Origin: Phormidium sp.
GTDB taxonomy: Bacteria > Cyanobacteriota > Cyanobacteriia > Cyanobacteriales > Aerosakkonemataceae
DNA: 64,000 nucleotides
Assembly: GCA_051013385.1 (NCBI GenBank)
Contig: CP143273.1
Coordinates: forward strand, 288,001-352,000
Direction: 5' to 3'
Every line of letters starts with the position of its first letter. Position 1 is the first letter of the stretch. The notes beneath the pieces are model-generated. The model was given only the letters and a program-made list of their open reading frames with translations, ran no database searches and was not told where the DNA came from. Made by a program: the position numbers and the translations under genes. Shown one piece after another: positions 10,913 through 20,317 of this stretch.

Positions 10913-12112
10913 CTATTTAGTCGAAGCAGAGTTAAGCCTCTTTTCTAATTTTTCTGTGTATCTGTTATATCCAAAACGATCTTCACCTCTGAGCAGAACT
11001 GCTCTCCACTTGTCCAAATTAATGTTTTTGAGATGTAAGTACTTGTTATGATGCAACCCTCCTAACATTTTCTTGGTGTAAATACGAGTGCTAGTTGTGG
11101 CAATCCGCCCATTCAATCCCCATCGTGATTTATCAGTCTTATTTTTGAGGGAACCGTGAATCACTCGCTCAGTAAACAGATAAAACTGCCCAGCTTTCAT
11201 TTCGATGTAATGGGGTTGTGGCAACTCGCCTGGGTAATCGATCTGAAGATCCGGCGCACCCTCCAGGTTGGTTGTCTCTACGTTGATCGGATAAATTTCA
11301 TTAGTTCCGGGCAGAATCATCATGCAGCCATTCTCTTTGTTGGCATCGGTTAAAGCAATCCAGCAGGTTAGTTGGTAAAGGTCCTCATGGTCTTCTGGAG
11401 TCACTATCGATTCTTGCTGATTTAGCAAAAACCAAGTGCTGGCTTGATGTAATGTTGTTTCCCGACCGGGCTGAACTTCAAAAAATTTAGTTCTCCACAA
11501 AAGAAGATTCGGTCCTAAAAGTTGAGCCGCTCGTTCAGTAATCGCAGGATGTTTAAACAGATTTAATAATCGATTGTTATCTAAATGACGATCGATTTTA
11601 TTGATCGTATAGAAAAAATGTTTTTTATATTCTTCTGTAAATTCTAGTTTCCAAGGTGTCACTTCTAAACCACTTCTACCAGTCGTGTCAAATTCATAAT
11701 CTCCGGCAGTGAAAGAAAAATGTTGTGATTCAGTTTCCAGCAATGAATTGACGAGATATTGCTGCAACTCCTCCATTTCATCTGGAGGTAGTAAATCGAA
11801 TGGGCCGACATAGCCATTCTCATAGAAACCACGGATCTGTTCCTCAGTGAGCTGAAATTCGGGGGCTACCGATGCTCTAGGTTTGTAAGATTTCGGTTCT
11901 TTTAATCGGCAATAGTAATCATAGTATGCTGTTTTCCCGCCGGATTTAAAAGCCACCCAGAACATCTGATTATTCCAACCAGTCGGTAATTGTTCTCTCA
12001 ATGTTTCTGGCAACCAACCATGAATAAACTTGAGTTTTCCCAGGATATAAAAAACACCCAATTTAAGAGAAAACTTCCAATTAAATAAGGAAAAATTTGT
12101 TGTTGCAGTCAT
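10913..12112 (-). CDS. Fe(II)/2-oxoglutarate halogenase, SyrB2/BarB-like (copy 2)
   Basis: NGYVGPFD, DRHLD, LGPNLLLWRTKFF, HQA (HxA instead of HxD/E), TDANKENGC, MKAGQF, distal His in VIHGS. Confidence 0.8.
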   Translation of the reverse strand: MTATTNFSLFNWKFSLKLGVFYILGKLKFIHGWLPETLREQLPTGWNNQMFWVAFKSGGKTAYYDYYCRLKEPKSYKPRASVAPEFQLTEEQIRGFYENGYVGPFDLLPPDEMEELQQYLVNSLLETESQHFSFTAGDYEFDTTGRSGLEVTPWKLEFTEEYKKHFFYTINKIDRHLDNNRLLNLFKHPAITERAAQLLGPNLLLWRTKFFEVQPGRETTLHQASTWFLLNQQESIVTPEDHEDLYQLTCWIALTDANKENGCMMILPGTNEIYPINVETTNLEGAPDLQIDYPGELPQPHYIEMKAGQFYLFTERVIHGSLKNKTDKSRWGLNGRIATTSTRIYTKKMLGGLHHNKYLHLKNINLDKWRAVLLRGEDRFGYNRYTEKLEKRLNSASTK

Positions 12113-12195
12113 GTGTCAGTCTCCTATATTTTCTAATTAATGGGCGATGAAAAAGCTGAAAAGCTTACGAAGTAATCAAGTATTGATATTATTTG

Positions 12196-13410
12196 CTACT
12201 TAGTCGAAGCAGAGGCAAGCTTTTTCTCCAATTTTTCTGTGTATCTGTTGTATCCAAAACTATCTTCACCTCTTAGCAGAACAACTTTCCACTTATCCAA
12301 ATTAATGTTCTTCACCTTTGAGTATCTGTTGCGATAGAATCCTTCTAACATTTTATTGGTGTAAATACGAGTCCTAGTTGTGGCAATCCGTCCATTCAAT
12401 CCCCATCGCGATTTATCAGTCTTATTTTCGACGGAACCGTGAATCACTCGCTCGGTAAACAGATAAAACTGCCCAGCTTTCATTTCAATGTAATGGGGTT
12501 TTGGCAACTCGCCTGGGTAATCGATCTTGGCATCCCGATTGCCATAAATACCACTCATCCCATCCTGGGTGACTTCCCCTACCTTGATGGGATAAATCTC
12601 CTTATGAGTCCCTGGGAAAATCATCATGCACCCATTTTCTTTGTTGGCATCGGTTACAGCAATCCAGCAGGTTAATTGGTACAGATACTCATGGTCTTCT
12701 GGATACATTATCGATTCTTGCTGATTGGCAAAAAACGTGCTGGCTTGATGCAATTTTGTTGCCAAACCGGGTTGAATTCCAAAAAATTTAGTTCTCCACA
12801 AAAGAAGATTTGGTCCTAAAAGTTGAGCCGCTCGTTCAGTAATCGCCGGATGTTTAAACAAATTCATTAATCGATCTTCTTCTAAATGACGATCAAACTC
12901 ATTCATCGCATTGACAATATATTTTTGATAGTCTTCAGTGATTTCTTGATTCCAAGCTGTCAATAAATCATCTTTCTTGGTCGTGTCAAATTCATAATCT
13001 CCGGCAGTGAAAGAAAAACATTTTGATTCAGTTTTCAGCAATGAATTGACGAGATATTCCCGCAAATTCTCCATTTCGTCTGGAGGTAGTAAATCGAATG
13101 GGCCGACATAGCCATTCTCATAGAAACCACGGATCTGTTCCTCAGTGAGCTGAAATTCGGGGGCTACCGATGCTCTAGGTTTGTAAGATTTTGGTTCTTT
13201 CAACCGACAATAGTACTCATAGTACACTGTTTTCCCGCCGGATTTAAAAGCTACCCAGAACATCTGATTATTCCAACCAGTCGGTAATTGTTCTCTCCAG
13301 GTTTCTGGCAACCAACCATGAACAAACTTGAGTTTGGCCAGGACATAAAAGAAAGCCAGTTTAAGAGAGAACTTCCAATCAAATAAGGAAGAGGTTGTTG
13401 TTGCAGTCAT
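12196..13410 (-). CDS. Fe(II)/2-oxoglutarate halogenase, SyrB2/BarB-like (copy 1)
   Basis: Same motifs (LHQASTFF); near-identical N-terminal part and ~60-bp leader shared with copy 2. Confidence 0.8.
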   Translation of the reverse strand: MTATTTSSLFDWKFSLKLAFFYVLAKLKFVHGWLPETWREQLPTGWNNQMFWVAFKSGGKTVYYEYYCRLKEPKSYKPRASVAPEFQLTEEQIRGFYENGYVGPFDLLPPDEMENLREYLVNSLLKTESKCFSFTAGDYEFDTTKKDDLLTAWNQEITEDYQKYIVNAMNEFDRHLEEDRLMNLFKHPAITERAAQLLGPNLLLWRTKFFGIQPGLATKLHQASTFFANQQESIMYPEDHEYLYQLTCWIAVTDANKENGCMMIFPGTHKEIYPIKVGEVTQDGMSGIYGNRDAKIDYPGELPKPHYIEMKAGQFYLFTERVIHGSVENKTDKSRWGLNGRIATTRTRIYTNKMLEGFYRNRYSKVKNINLDKWKVVLLRGEDSFGYNRYTEKLEKKLASASTK

Positions 13411-13475
13411 GTGTCAGTCTCCTATATTTTCTAGTTAATGGGCGATGAAAAGGCTGAAAAGCTTACGAAGTAAAG

Positions 13476-13630
13476 AGTGTAGACATTTGAAGGGGGGGAG
13501 AAAGTAGGCTATAACCCAGGCAGGGAGAGTGTCAAGGCAAATTGGAGCAAGGATTGTTAAAAAATGAAGGGGACAATTTTGTGAAGGTCAAGTGGGTGAA
13601 AAGTAAGAACTATCAAGCTCTTGAGCCACT
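13476..13630. mobile_element. Possible IS-end remnant inside the cluster
   Basis: Non-coding block abutting the duplicated halogenase leader; resembles cyanobacterial IS termini; no transposase recognised. Confidence 0.25.
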
Positions 13631-13676
13631 CGTTACCCCAAGAATGCGATCGCACTCTTCCTGTTTATGTTGAAAT

Positions 13677-13844
13677 TCATTGAAGAACTTCCTGTTCTAA
13701 AAGATACTGAAGCGCCTCAATGACTCGATAGGCTGAAAGCTTGCGCGAGGTTTGGGTGAGAAATTCAGAAACCACATCGCTGGCTTTTTTGGAGGCGGTA
13801 CACAACTGACAAAGCAATCGCAAATCTTTGGCTGGTAAATACAT
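13677..13844 (-). pseudogene. Unannotated 55-codon ORF, probably the C-terminal remnant of a deleted gene
   Basis: MYLPAKDLRLLCQLC...IEALQYLLEQEVLQ*; frame open ~20 codons upstream; stop overlaps a new ATG (ATGA). Confidence 0.4.
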
Positions 13845-13919
13845 ATTTAACCTTAATTTGCTGGCGATTTGAGGCGATTCTTGAAAACTCAGAAGTTTGC
13901 ACCGTCAAAGCGATCACGC

Positions 13920-15464
13920 TCAACCCTTGACATTAACCACACTCTTGGCAAGGCTGTCAGTTTTACCATTGATTGATTGGGGGTTAACTTGCGGCACAGA
14001 GGAAGGCACGGCTGTTTTGATAAATTCGTAATAAATGGACAGAAAAACTTCATCCAATGGCACGTCGCGCATCTTCTGCTTCGCCTTTTCCCGCAGCGTT
14101 TCGTGTGCCGAGTTGTCGAGGACTGCCATTTCAAACAGCAGGCGAAGATAGGACTCTAGTTCCCGGGTGCGATTGTAGGGCAAAAAGCCACCGGGTTCCC
14201 GTACTGTTGCCATCAAATCGCGGGCACCCACATTCAGCAACCGCTGGAACGGATTATCATTGCGACGACGTTCAATCATGGGCGAGAACACATTCTCAGT
14301 GGGGGGTTGTTTGCCAAGTAACTCTGCTGCAACAACTTGAGCAACCAACGGAGCCATCAGCATCCCATTCCTGTAGGTTCCCGTCGCCACAAACAACCCT
14401 GGAAATGCAGTTTTTCCAACTAAAGGAATCCCATCAGCGGGAATGGGACGCAATCCATAACGCATTTCCTCGATTCTGGTATTTCGCAAAGCAGTATTGA
14501 ACTGGTTAGCTCCATCACCAAGAATATAGAGCAAGTCTTGGGGTTGAACTCCCAGACTCATTTGGGCAGTCAGGCTTAACGAGTTAGTAGCGCCAACATA
14601 GAGGCGTCCCCCACTACGAGGAACAACGTGCAGTCCGCACGCAAAGGAACGATTGGGGGTGCGAAGCGTATGGGGAAAATGGGGAGCATCTGCCAGAATA
14701 CAACTGGTGCCTTTGCCAAATAACACCGCAGGCAGCTTCAGCTTGGAAAACAGAGCCTCACCGATAACTTCTGGAACTTTAGCTCCCGCACACACCACTA
14801 CATTTGGAGTGGAAATGCAACCGTGGTTTTCGGTTTGGATATTCCATGTGCCTTCGGTGTCGCCAAAATTGATAGAAACAACTTTATCGTCTAAAACTTC
14901 TCCTTTGGGGTGTTGGGCTATCGCCACCTCTAGGGCTGATAGTAAGTTGTGAGAATCAACTGACCCTTCACCAGGGATGAACAAAGCTTGGTAAGCCGGA
15001 CAGGAATTGTTGGCGTCTAAACCGGGAACGTCGTCCGGATCGACCCACTCATAGGGTTCATTATAGGTTTCCAGTTGGGCTTTCATGCGCTTGAGATTGG
15101 CGCGATCGCGATCGCCTGCACTGTTGCCAATAATAAATGTTCCTTGTGTGGTGAAGATATCTTGCCCGGATGCTTCTCTCACACTAGAGAGCCAATCAGG
15201 GTAAATCTTCTGCGCTTTGATCCGAAACTCCAGTTCAAGGCGTTCTTCGAGAGTCTCTTGGTCGGCAGTAATCTCGCCGTATGCGCCCAACATAGCACCA
15301 CTAGCCAGCGAGGCTCCATCACTATTCTGCTGTTGGGGACAGATCAAGAGAACCTTCAAAGAAGAGCGAGCTAGTTCAAAGGCGATCGATTTCCCGATAA
15401 TTCCACCACCAACAACTACGGCATCGTATGAGTGGTGACTGGTGCCATTATCCTGTAAAGTCAT
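13920..15464 (-). CDS. FAD-dependent oxidase, glycine oxidase ThiO/DAO family, with C-terminal extension
   Basis: GGGIIG, ASLASGAML, YGLRP, ATGTYRNGMLMAP; ~115 extra C-terminal residues. Confidence 0.85.
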   Translation of the reverse strand: MTLQDNGTSHHSYDAVVVGGGIIGKSIAFELARSSLKVLLICPQQQNSDGASLASGAMLGAYGEITADQETLEERLELEFRIKAQKIYPDWLSSVREASGQDIFTTQGTFIIGNSAGDRDRANLKRMKAQLETYNEPYEWVDPDDVPGLDANNSCPAYQALFIPGEGSVDSHNLLSALEVAIAQHPKGEVLDDKVVSINFGDTEGTWNIQTENHGCISTPNVVVCAGAKVPEVIGEALFSKLKLPAVLFGKGTSCILADAPHFPHTLRTPNRSFACGLHVVPRSGGRLYVGATNSLSLTAQMSLGVQPQDLLYILGDGANQFNTALRNTRIEEMRYGLRPIPADGIPLVGKTAFPGLFVATGTYRNGMLMAPLVAQVVAAELLGKQPPTENVFSPMIERRRNDNPFQRLLNVGARDLMATVREPGGFLPYNRTRELESYLRLLFEMAVLDNSAHETLREKAKQKMRDVPLDEVFLSIYYEFIKTAVPSSVPQVNPQSINGKTDSLAKSVVNVKG

Positions 15465-15544
15465 TTCTTTTCTGCCATTTTTATGAAAACTTGCTAGTTA
15501 TTTAAAACGAAACATTGTCCAATATCACGGGACTATATTGAACT

Positions 15545-15611
15545 TTATCAGGTTTTAGAAATAAAGCCACTTTTTTTTAGAGTCAACCGACTTATCCTAC
15601 TTATCCGACTT
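15545..15611 (-). promoter_or_regulatory. Putative cluster promoter with three 9-bp repeats abutting a -35
   Basis: AAGTCGGAT AAGTAGGAT AAGTCGG TTGACT-17 nt-TATTTC; 46/58 identity to 26147-26204. Confidence 0.6.
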
Positions 15612-15705
15612 TTTTGAATAAATTATTGTCCTTGCACTCTGTTATGGAATAAGTATTTTGGCAAGTTTTGTCACTCCTTCAGCCAAAATCCAATTCCGGT
15701 CTTAC

Positions 15706-17406
15706 TTAAAACGTAAAAGTCGTTCGCAATAATCCAATCCAAATACTGTCATTAGCAGCATTATGTTCGGGATTAGTAATCAACAGAACACCGGGAGTGA
15801 TAAAAATATTATTACTAATGGGATAACGATAAGATAGTTCTAAATGCAAAGAAGTATCGCCATCTTCTCGTACCCAAATATCATTATTTATTACTTTAGG
15901 AGGCATACCAAAAACGAAACTTAATTGGGAACCTGATTTACCTAAATCTGCTAAAAACGCCGTAATTGCCCAACTCCAAATCTCTGCTTGAGAACCGCGA
16001 AAACCACTTATGCCACTAACACTGGGAGAAGCTTCTGCTTTAGCATTAAAGTAGGTAACCCAACCACCTAATATCAGTTTAGTAGTGAGTTTGTAAGTAA
16101 ATTGTAAGCCAAAAGCATTGGAGGAAGTTGCTGTACTTCCACCAAAAGGATATTGAGCGAATACACTACCTTTACTTCCAGTTACGTTACTAGTTAAAAA
16201 AGGTTCAGGTGAATAATAATGACCATAAGTAAAAGCTAGTCCAAATTTATCAGTTGGAGTATAACTTAGTTGAGTCAAGATAGTATATTGACCCTTAAAT
16301 AACCCTTGGCTCACATTGTTAGGAGAATCAATTAAATAACTAATACCCCCGGCTAATTTGTCAGTGAAATTATAGTAAATTACTCCACCACCACCAAAAG
16401 CAAAAGAATAAATAGGACTTTCTGCACCAAAATTTGATATGGAATTCACCGGATTAAAAGCCGGAAAAATCCTAGTGGGAAAGTTCGCAATAGGAGCAAT
16501 AGCTACAATTCCGCGCTTTCCTAAAGGAAACTGATAAAATAGTGTTCCTAATCTTACATTATTGTTAGTATTTGTTGCCAGCAACCGAGTCATTTCTGTG
16601 CCAGTAACACTAGTAGCAAAACGATTAACATCTCCCGCTATTAGCTGGGTTCGTAATCTATCTTTTCCTGTAAAGCTAGTATCAAAATTAAGTACTACTG
16701 CTCCTGATAAAGTAAAATTATCTTCTAATTTTTCTTTAGGGTGACTTCCTGGAGGAACGGCTTTCCTGTCACCAAAAGCACTAATTAAGTTAAAATTTGC
16801 TACACCTCGTAAAACTGTAGTTGGACTAAATTGGTGTCCTTCAATAAAAGCTACTCGCTGTTCTATGTTGTCTACTTTTGCAGTAATGTTTTGCAATTCC
16901 GTAGCAAATTCTGCTTGCAATCTTTCGATCACTAGCAAATCTTCTTTTTGAGGAAATTGATTGTTGAAACTTTCAATTGAACGCCTAATACTGGTTAGAC
17001 AACTATTTAACCCGGCGGCAAACTCATAGCGACTCATTACCCGTTCGCCATTGAAATTTCGCTCAGGAAAACCACTAATACAGCGATATTTTTCGATTAA
17101 ATTTCTTAGGGCTTGATAAGCCCAATGGTTAGGAGTAATATCTAACAACTGATTTACATTGACGATCGCGTCGTCAAGTTCAGGAGGAGGACTAATAGAT
17201 AATCTTTCGATTTGATCGAGAGTACTTTCTTCGTCTTTAAGTTCGGAATTATAAGTTACTAAGGGTGATTCATTGATATTATTTAAAGATGAGTCTCTCT
17301 GAGGCTCGGAGTTAAAATTTGCTTGAGCTAGAACTGGAGATAGAATGAGCAAATTACAACTCGCGATCGCTAAAGTAATAGAAAATGGTATATTTAAGAT
17401 TTTCAT
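15706..17406 (-). CDS. Cyanobacterial SLH-domain outer-membrane porin (OprB/iron-uptake porin family)
   Basis: SLH segment HWAYQAL...RYEFAAGL, FSPTT, TSFTGKDRL, C-terminal RTTFTF. Confidence 0.92.
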   Translation of the reverse strand: MKILNIPFSITLAIASCNLLILSPVLAQANFNSEPQRDSSLNNINESPLVTYNSELKDEESTLDQIERLSISPPPELDDAIVNVNQLLDITPNHWAYQALRNLIEKYRCISGFPERNFNGERVMSRYEFAAGLNSCLTSIRRSIESFNNQFPQKEDLLVIERLQAEFATELQNITAKVDNIEQRVAFIEGHQFSPTTVLRGVANFNLISAFGDRKAVPPGSHPKEKLEDNFTLSGAVVLNFDTSFTGKDRLRTQLIAGDVNRFATSVTGTEMTRLLATNTNNNVRLGTLFYQFPLGKRGIVAIAPIANFPTRIFPAFNPVNSISNFGAESPIYSFAFGGGGVIYYNFTDKLAGGISYLIDSPNNVSQGLFKGQYTILTQLSYTPTDKFGLAFTYGHYYSPEPFLTSNVTGSKGSVFAQYPFGGSTATSSNAFGLQFTYKLTTKLILGGWVTYFNAKAEASPSVSGISGFRGSQAEIWSWAITAFLADLGKSGSQLSFVFGMPPKVINNDIWVREDGDTSLHLELSYRYPISNNIFITPGVLLITNPEHNAANDSIWIGLLRTTFTF

Positions 17407-17477
17407 AATTTTATTGACAACTGATCCTCACACCTAAAACCGCATTAACAGTGAAAATTGCTCAAAAAAACTTTATT

Positions 17478-17669
17478 TTAATAAGGTCGAATTTTCAATT
17501 CATTATTTACAGCTTCGCTCGCTTTTTTAGCCACATCTTCAGGAACTCTCGTGTACTCCAACTGCTCGTTAAATGTTTGACCTTTTGTTAAAATCCAATT
17601 CAGTAAATCTAGAACTTTTGATTGACTAAACCTGAAGTTTTTTGCGGTAAATGATGACTTTACTACCAT
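17478..17669 (-). pseudogene. C-terminal remnant of a PstS-like protein
   Basis: LLNWILTKGQTFNEQLEYTRVP resembles the PstS C-terminus; rest of gene absent. Confidence 0.5.
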
Positions 17670-18763
17670 AACTCTTTATTACCTTTGAGTTGCAAGAACT
17701 TAGTTTTTGACTCATCCAATACGGTGGGTTTAACTGGAAAGTAACCCAGACTAGGAACTTCTTCGCTCACATAAGTCAAGTAATAGTTAACAAACCCTTC
17801 TACTTCGGGTCGTTTCCGAATCGCTTTAGCATCGGCATAAATGTACAACGGACGAGCGATCGGATATCCTGGCAGGAAAGGGTCTACTTTATCAATCGCG
17901 ATCGCCTTCAATTTGTCCCGGTTTTGTTGATAGGAGGCATACTCTAAAAAGCCAACCATATAGGGATTAATTAAAGCTTCCGAGTGCAACTGCTCTGCAA
18001 AGTCATAAAATACCGTATTGGGAGCATTCATCAGTTGGCTAACGTTGCCTTTGAGGATAGCTTGGGCAAACAAATCAACTGCACCCCCAGTCCCAGATCC
18101 AGTTGGAACAATGCGTTTAATCAACTCGTTTGGCCATTTGGGATTGACATCTGACCACTTTTGAGCAGTAAATACCTTTGCCAGTTCGTCGCGTGTCAGA
18201 CTTTTGGGGACGAAATTATTCTGAGAACTTACTACAATCGTCACGGCATCCATAGCAATGGGAAAGCCGATCGGCTCAATCCCTGACTTAGCACAGACGG
18301 CTGACTCCTGAGAGTTGATTGGGCGAACTGCACCAACAATATCTACCTTTTTCCCGGAGCAAAATAGCTTGAAGCCAACGACCGTATCGGTAGCAGATAG
18401 ATCAATTTTATTGGGGTAGCCGTCTTGGATAAAGCGTTGAACAATAGCCTGACTAATCGGCAAAAGGACCTGACTTCCTGATATCGTCAGTGTTCCCTCC
18501 AGTTCTAGGGGTTTTACCGACCGCAGCACAATACCCTGTTTAGCTGGGTTTTGGCTTGAAGGAGGTTTAACTAATTTACGCTCAACCTGCTGAATCCCTA
18601 AATTTTCTTTTGAAGTCTTATCTGCATTGGCAGACCCCTCAATATTGGCTTTTGAGGGTTGTGATTGACCCGCGCAGGCGGTTAATCCTAAAACTAGGCT
18701 GAGCAAAAATAAGTAACTTTTGGGACTTTTCACTCTAGTTATCTTCATCCTAATTGATAACAT
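17663..18763 (-). CDS. PstS/SphX-like substrate-binding lipoprotein
   Basis: Lipobox LTAC; ISGS, GFKLFCSG, YPIARPLYIY. Confidence 0.8.
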   Translation of the reverse strand: MLSIRMKITRVKSPKSYLFLLSLVLGLTACAGQSQPSKANIEGSANADKTSKENLGIQQVERKLVKPPSSQNPAKQGIVLRSVKPLELEGTLTISGSQVLLPISQAIVQRFIQDGYPNKIDLSATDTVVGFKLFCSGKKVDIVGAVRPINSQESAVCAKSGIEPIGFPIAMDAVTIVVSSQNNFVPKSLTRDELAKVFTAQKWSDVNPKWPNELIKRIVPTGSGTGGAVDLFAQAILKGNVSQLMNAPNTVFYDFAEQLHSEALINPYMVGFLEYASYQQNRDKLKAIAIDKVDPFLPGYPIARPLYIYADAKAIRKRPEVEGFVNYYLTYVSEEVPSLGYFPVKPTVLDESKTKFLQLKGNKELW

Positions 18764-18766
18764 ATC

Positions 18767-20257
18767 CTATCTTCCCACTTGCACTCGGCGACCATTTTTG
18801 TTAAGCAGCGGATTTACATCCTCCTTCATTCCTTTGGCAAGTCGAACCATTTTTTTCCGTTCCTCGATATACTGAAGAGTCTCGGAGGCAAATTTTTCGT
18901 TAGACTCGATCGCGTCGATCATCTCTTGGGCTGGAATTACTACAACCTCAACCTCTTCATTGGCAACGACTGTCACCGGACTTAGCTCTCCTGGAAAGAT
19001 AGCCATTTCACCAAATGCTTCGTTAAGTTCAAGCTGGTTCACGATTTGGCGGTTACCTTGTTGATCTTTAAGGTAAGCCTCTCCCCTGCCCTTGCACAAA
19101 ATATAAAGTCCCTCGTCTTTCTTCCCTTCCTGAACAATTAACTCGCCCTTACCGTAGGCTTTAAATTTAGCCCGTTGAGCCAGTTTCTCAATCTGATTGT
19201 TATTAAGCGTGAGGAAATAGGGGAGCGATCGCAAATATCTGACCAATTCCTCTTGGCGGTTCTCGACTACTTGAGGAATCCGGCTTGGTATTCCTTGTCT
19301 AGCATCAACATCATACTGCACTGCGATCGGATAGGGAGAGGTAAAACCATAACGTTTGGTTAGATAGTAAAGTCGGAATTTGAGTTCCGGAGCAACAAGA
19401 AGAGCTTTTTCAGGCAGCACTTTATACCAAAGGTCGTAGGTGATACTAAAGTCTCCGTATGAACTAACCTCAGCAAAACCTTCAGATTCGATGGCATCTA
19501 TACCTTCCAATAAGCTACTTAGCGCTGGAATCACTTCATCAGGAGAATCGTCATAAGAAAAGCTGGCAGAAATATTTTTCCAAATTTTTCCCTGACCGTA
19601 ATTGATAATGCTTGCCTTCGACAACACCCCATTAGGAACGTTTAATTTCCAGGCAGGAGTTCCTATCGTAACCGACCACCAATTTTGCTCAAGTACTCGC
19701 CCCTGCTTTCCATCTAACTCAATCCAATCACCTGTATTGAATGGTTTGGCAAATAGCAGCAGCAATCCAGACACTAAGTTACTGAGGGTATCTTGCAGCG
19801 CCAAGGCAATGACCGCTGAAGCTATCCCCACAGCGCTGCCCACACCGCTCAGATTGATACTCCAAACTCCAGTAATAATGTGATAGCCAATGGCTACAAT
19901 CACTACAGCCCTAGCTACCTGAAAAAACAGGCTAGGTACATGAATTTGCCATTTAAGGGGTTGCTTTTTTGTAGTCAACAAAGCGTTGATTAAAGAAAGT
20001 CCTGCGACAACAATGGCAACCCAAGTTAACGTTTCCACAAAAAGTGCCCAAGAATCTTTGCCAGCGACCCTGAAAACCTGTCGCATAACTAAGATCGCGG
20101 CTAAGGGAGGTAACACATACTCGCGCACCTGACGCAGCCCAACTGCTAATGGGTGCTGCTGTCGTTCTAATCTTGAAGCGGCTTCACCCAGCAGTATACT
20201 CAACAAGGGGAATCCCAGCCCCACAAGCAATAACCATCCCAAAAGTTGTTTATCCAT
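18767..20257 (-). CDS. MscS mechanosensitive channel with C-terminal cyclic-nucleotide-binding domain
   Basis: ALALQDTLSNLVSG, KPFNTGDWI, VPNG; cNMP motif FGEMA. Confidence 0.9.
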   Translation of the reverse strand: MDKQLLGWLLLVGLGFPLLSILLGEAASRLERQQHPLAVGLRQVREYVLPPLAAILVMRQVFRVAGKDSWALFVETLTWVAIVVAGLSLINALLTTKKQPLKWQIHVPSLFFQVARAVVIVAIGYHIITGVWSINLSGVGSAVGIASAVIALALQDTLSNLVSGLLLLFAKPFNTGDWIELDGKQGRVLEQNWWSVTIGTPAWKLNVPNGVLSKASIINYGQGKIWKNISASFSYDDSPDEVIPALSSLLEGIDAIESEGFAEVSSYGDFSITYDLWYKVLPEKALLVAPELKFRLYYLTKRYGFTSPYPIAVQYDVDARQGIPSRIPQVVENRQEELVRYLRSLPYFLTLNNNQIEKLAQRAKFKAYGKGELIVQEGKKDEGLYILCKGRGEAYLKDQQGNRQIVNQLELNEAFGEMAIFPGELSPVTVVANEEVEVVVIPAQEMIDAIESNEKFASETLQYIEERKKMVRLAKGMKEDVNPLLNKNGRRVQVGR

Positions 20258-20317
20258 AAATGTTTTTTAATGAGCAATAAACAGTGATTAACAGGACACG
20301 ACTGCCTCCTGCTTTCT

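Noticed and set aside
10913..13410. Ordinary phytanoyl-CoA hydroxylases
   Set aside because: HQA lacks the Asp/Glu iron ligand and the flanking motifs follow SyrB2
13920..15464. Housekeeping thiO
   Set aside because: No thiS/thiG nearby or fused, and it carries an unrelated extension and heads the biosynthetic run
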